Virus record (IMG/VR): IMGVR_UViG_3300048762_000476 | From: an uncultured virus (IMG/VR IMGVR_UViG_3300048762_000476) | Taxonomy: Duplodnaviria; Heunggongvirae; Uroviricota; Caudoviricetes | Length of the DNA: 20,000 bases | Strand: one strand, 5' to 3' | Shown here: one piece after another, positions 17,344 through 20,000 of the stretch | Numbering within the stretch: position 1 is the stretch's first letter | How the letters are laid out: every line of letters begins with the position of its first letter | Notes under the pieces: model-generated | Databases searched by the model: none | Told to the model about the DNA's origin: nothing | Seen by the model: the letters and a program-made list of their open reading frames with translations, nothing else | Made by a program: the position numbers and the translations under genes

Positions 17344-17479
17344 CGGATGCGACCTCCTTGAACGTCTGTTGCGCAGGATGCGTAGGGGTATGGGTCTCGG
17401 TCCGGCGGTGGCTGGGCTGACCGGCTTGGGCTCGTCGCCGCCTGGTGTGGAGGTGTGGACTTCGGGATTGACCTCCTTG
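17322..17479 (-). repeat. Degenerate direct repeat of about 38 nt covering an RBS and start region (17322-17360 and 17443-17479)
   Basis: CAAGGAGGTCGCATCCGATGTCCACACCATCCACATCA versus CAAGGAGGTCAATCCCGAAGTCCACACCTCCACACCA. Confidence 0.7.
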
Positions 17480-17758
17480 GGTCGCTGATGCGCGGCACCC
17501 GGATGGATGCGCGCGGTTGGCACGGGCAGGCCACCCGCGCACTTCAGTCGGTGAGGTGGCGGCAGGCGTGTTGCCCGCCGCCGTCGGGGAGACGCTGGCT
17601 AGAGGCGGTGGACCGGCAGCTCCGAGTCCACCAAGATCCGCCGGGTCCTTGCCCAACGCGTGCGCGATCTTTCTTCTCTCGCCCGTGGACCCCTGGAGGG
17701 CGGGCGAGACATCAATCGCGGGTGACGGTTCGGGCTCGGATCTCGTGCCGAGGGAGCG

Positions 17759-18094
17759 TTACGGCAGTGGCGTGTATGGGTCATACGCGGCGTTGCCCCA
17801 GTCCAGCTCGAACATCTCCACCAGCTCGAGCAGCGCCTTTGGTGGAACGCGGTAGAGGGCGCTGAGACAGTCGCGGATGCCGCTCAGCTGGCCGGCGGGG
17901 CCGGGGATGAACTCCGACTCGTGTTCGGGCATCTGATCGATGTGACGGATCGAGAAGCCCCGGTGAAAGCCGGCCTCCTCGAGCTCTTGCAAGCTGCACC
18001 GGTATTGCACCGTTGAGATCCCCCCTCCCAGGCCCTCGTCCTCCTGCTCAACGATGCTCTCGGCGGGCTCGACGGGATGCTTGCTGGCGGTCAT
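17759..18094 (-). CDS. Acidic hypothetical protein, 111 aa
   Basis: AAAGGCAGAG before ATG; coding-like. Confidence 0.75.
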   Translation of the reverse strand: MTASKHPVEPAESIVEQEDEGLGGGISTVQYRCSLQELEEAGFHRGFSIRHIDQMPEHESEFIPGPAGQLSGIRDCLSALYRVPPKALLELVEMFELDWGNAAYDPYTPLP

Positions 18095-18184
18095 CGTTCT
18101 CTGCCTTTCAGTTGGGTGAACGGCGTTTGCACTGCGGTGCGCCCCTCCGCTCGGCGCTTGCCGAGCGGGGTGGCTGGCTGGCGG

Positions 18185-19441
18185 CTAAAGGACTTCACCC
18201 ATCGCACGTCGGAAGTCCCGCTTGGCTTTCTTGAACGTCTCGGAGGACGCGGCGAGCTGATCCCCGGTCGGCCCGCCCTCAAGCGCAGAGGCCAGGTCCA
18301 CGCCTGACCAGCCCGCGCCGCAGCCGTGACAGCGCCACCCGTAGCGCCCGACGCTGCACGAAGCAACCAAGTCCTCGTGTGAGGCTGAGGGACAGTTGAT
18401 GTTCCCCCTCGCGGGCAGGTCGATCCCGGCGAGCCGCTTGAAGTACACCTCCGGCGGGATCAGCTTGTACGCGTCGTAGCTCAAACGGTGAGGAACGCTG
18501 CGCCGCTGCGCCCGCGCGCTCGGCGGGTCGCACAGATCCCCGACGAGCAGCTCCGGCGAGTACGCTGGCAGCCACAGGTCAATGCGCGCGATCCGCGCAT
18601 AGCGTCCCGTCTTGCCGTTCACCGAACCGGCGAGGCGCAGCACGCGGGCGCGCTCCGCGCACTGCCGGTCAGCGAGGTGGACCCGCTCGCCTTCACGGTC
18701 CAGAACGCCGAGGGCGTGGATCAGCCGGCGGTTCGTGCGCTCGATCCAATGCACCGGTTGGCGGTCGGTGATGACCTCCCCGCTATCCGGGTCGCGGTAG
18801 CCCACCAGCCGCGTGCGGCCCGTCTCTGCGGTCGGCTGGCGTACTTCCGCGGGGTTACGGATCACACGCCCATCCGCCAGGGTGATCGTCCTCGCGTACA
18901 GCGGCCGGGAGAGCAGCCAGTAAAGGTGCCTGCGCGGCTGCTCTGAGCCGCCGGACTCGATCTCGATATGCGCAGGCTTGCCGGCCAGCAGCCGCTGCAC
19001 CTGGCCTGCCTCGTCGGGCTCGTCGATGTCGACCCACGCCCACTGGCTGTAGTGCACGAACTCCTTGCCGGCGCGCCGCTCGCTACGCGGCGCGAGACCG
19101 ACAAACAACTCCTGCCCCTGCTGGTGGTGGCGTGCCGCGAGCGCCGTCAGTGGGGCAGGCCAGTCCGGGCCGGCGATCCCACCCCCAGCCAGGAAGTGGT
19201 CGGGGTGCCGGCGGGTATAGATCGCAAGCTCACCGTTGCTGTCGCGGTGCCCAGCGGCGAGCTCCACATAGCCTCGACTACTCCTGTGTAGGAAGCCGAT
19301 GTGAATCTCGCGATGCCGCGACGCCGGGTACTTCCGGTCTACCTCGCGGCCGTCAGGCAGACGGACGTTCATCGGGAGGGTTGGCTCTGCGCGCTCGGCG
19401 CGGCGTGCTGCCGGCGGACGCTCAGCTGTGGCTGTTGCCAT
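18185..19441 (-). CDS. RepB-type DNA primase (AEP superfamily) with C-terminal CHC2 zinc finger, about 418 aa
   Basis: WVDID (motif I), SGG...HLYW (motif II), RVLRLAGSVNGK; CPSASHED...WRCHGCGAG; AAGGAG RBS. Confidence 0.8.
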   Translation of the reverse strand: MATATAERPPAARRAERAEPTLPMNVRLPDGREVDRKYPASRHREIHIGFLHRSSRGYVELAAGHRDSNGELAIYTRRHPDHFLAGGGIAGPDWPAPLTALAARHHQQGQELFVGLAPRSERRAGKEFVHYSQWAWVDIDEPDEAGQVQRLLAGKPAHIEIESGGSEQPRRHLYWLLSRPLYARTITLADGRVIRNPAEVRQPTAETGRTRLVGYRDPDSGEVITDRQPVHWIERTNRRLIHALGVLDREGERVHLADRQCAERARVLRLAGSVNGKTGRYARIARIDLWLPAYSPELLVGDLCDPPSARAQRRSVPHRLSYDAYKLIPPEVYFKRLAGIDLPARGNINCPSASHEDLVASCSVGRYGWRCHGCGAGWSGVDLASALEGGPTGDQLAASSETFKKAKRDFRRAMGEVL

Positions 19442-19466
19442 CACGCTTCTCCTTCCGCTCGCGGGT

Positions 19467-20000
19467 TTATGCGGCGAGCCGCTGAGGCTCTGCCTGGTTC
19501 TGCAGTGCGGCTCGCTGCTGCTCAGCGAGGTCAATCACCCGCTCGAGCCATGCCGCGTTCCTTGGGTCGCTGCCGCGCTGACGGTCAGCTTCAGCGGCTC
19601 TCAGCGCACGCTCTGCATCGCGTCGCACCTGGGCGACCTCGGCCTCCTGCGGCCTGCGGGGAAACGGGCTCTCCGGGTCGTGGCGTTCACCCACTTCGCT
19701 GTTGTGGAACGCGACCTGTGCCTCGACGTATGTGACGAGCACACCGAGCGCCGCGCCGAGGCGCTCTCCAGCCCCGGTGAGGTGCTCCACGACCACGCCT
19801 GTGGGCAAGTCAACGTTCTCGCCCGAAGCGTCACCGTGCTCGGCCGGAATGTCATAGACCGTCCACAGGTTGTTCACGTCGACCGCGATCACTACGGCCC
19901 GGATCTCGCCGTCACTTTGGCGATAGGTGACGCTTAGCTGCACCGGCCTGCCTTCCGGCGCGCCGACGCTCTCCTTGAGGTTGTGGGTTTGCGTGGTCAT
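19467..20000 (-). CDS. Hypothetical protein, at least 177 aa (ATG at window edge)
   Basis: Open, coding-like frame; RBS would lie outside the window. Confidence 0.7.
   Translation of the reverse strand: MTTQTHNLKESVGAPEGRPVQLSVTYRQSDGEIRAVVIAVDVNNLWTVYDIPAEHGDASGENVDLPTGVVVEHLTGAGERLGAALGVLVTYVEAQVAFHNSEVGERHDPESPFPRRPQEAEVAQVRRDAERALRAAEADRQRGSDPRNAAWLERVIDLAEQQRAALQNQAEPQRLAA

Larger units (their letters stand above)
1..20000 (-). mobile_element. Interior segment of a plasmid/ICE-like element, probably the leading/establishment region
   Basis: All genes co-oriented; ardC, RepB-like primase, DUF2958 and many small hypotheticals; no housekeeping genes. No boundaries, relaxase or integrase in the window. 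Confidence 0.7.

Overview
Very GC-rich, Actinomycetota-like DNA in which every credible gene (about 28) lies on the minus strand. Most have AAGGAG-type RBSs and many have ATGA/TGATG stop-start overlaps. Recognisable products are an ArdC antirestriction ssDNA-binding protein, a RepB-type (AEP) primase fused to a CHC2 zinc finger, a PP-loop PAPS-reductase/DndC-like protein, DUF2958 and DUF4241-like proteins, a HARE-HTH-like coiled-coil protein, and a diverged, ATPase-less ComM/YifB Lon-like domain protein. The rest are small hypotheticals, many Cys-rich. This content and layout resemble the leading/establishment (anti-defence) region of a large plasmid or ICE. The long intergenic leaders are strongly structured and share degenerate motifs, including a family of terminator-like hairpins. 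Five genes carry an apparent single-base deletion (probably long-read errors) and one has an in-frame TGA. No tRNA, rRNA, CRISPR, transposase, integrase or relaxase was seen. Family calls come from motif recognition by eye, not database searches.
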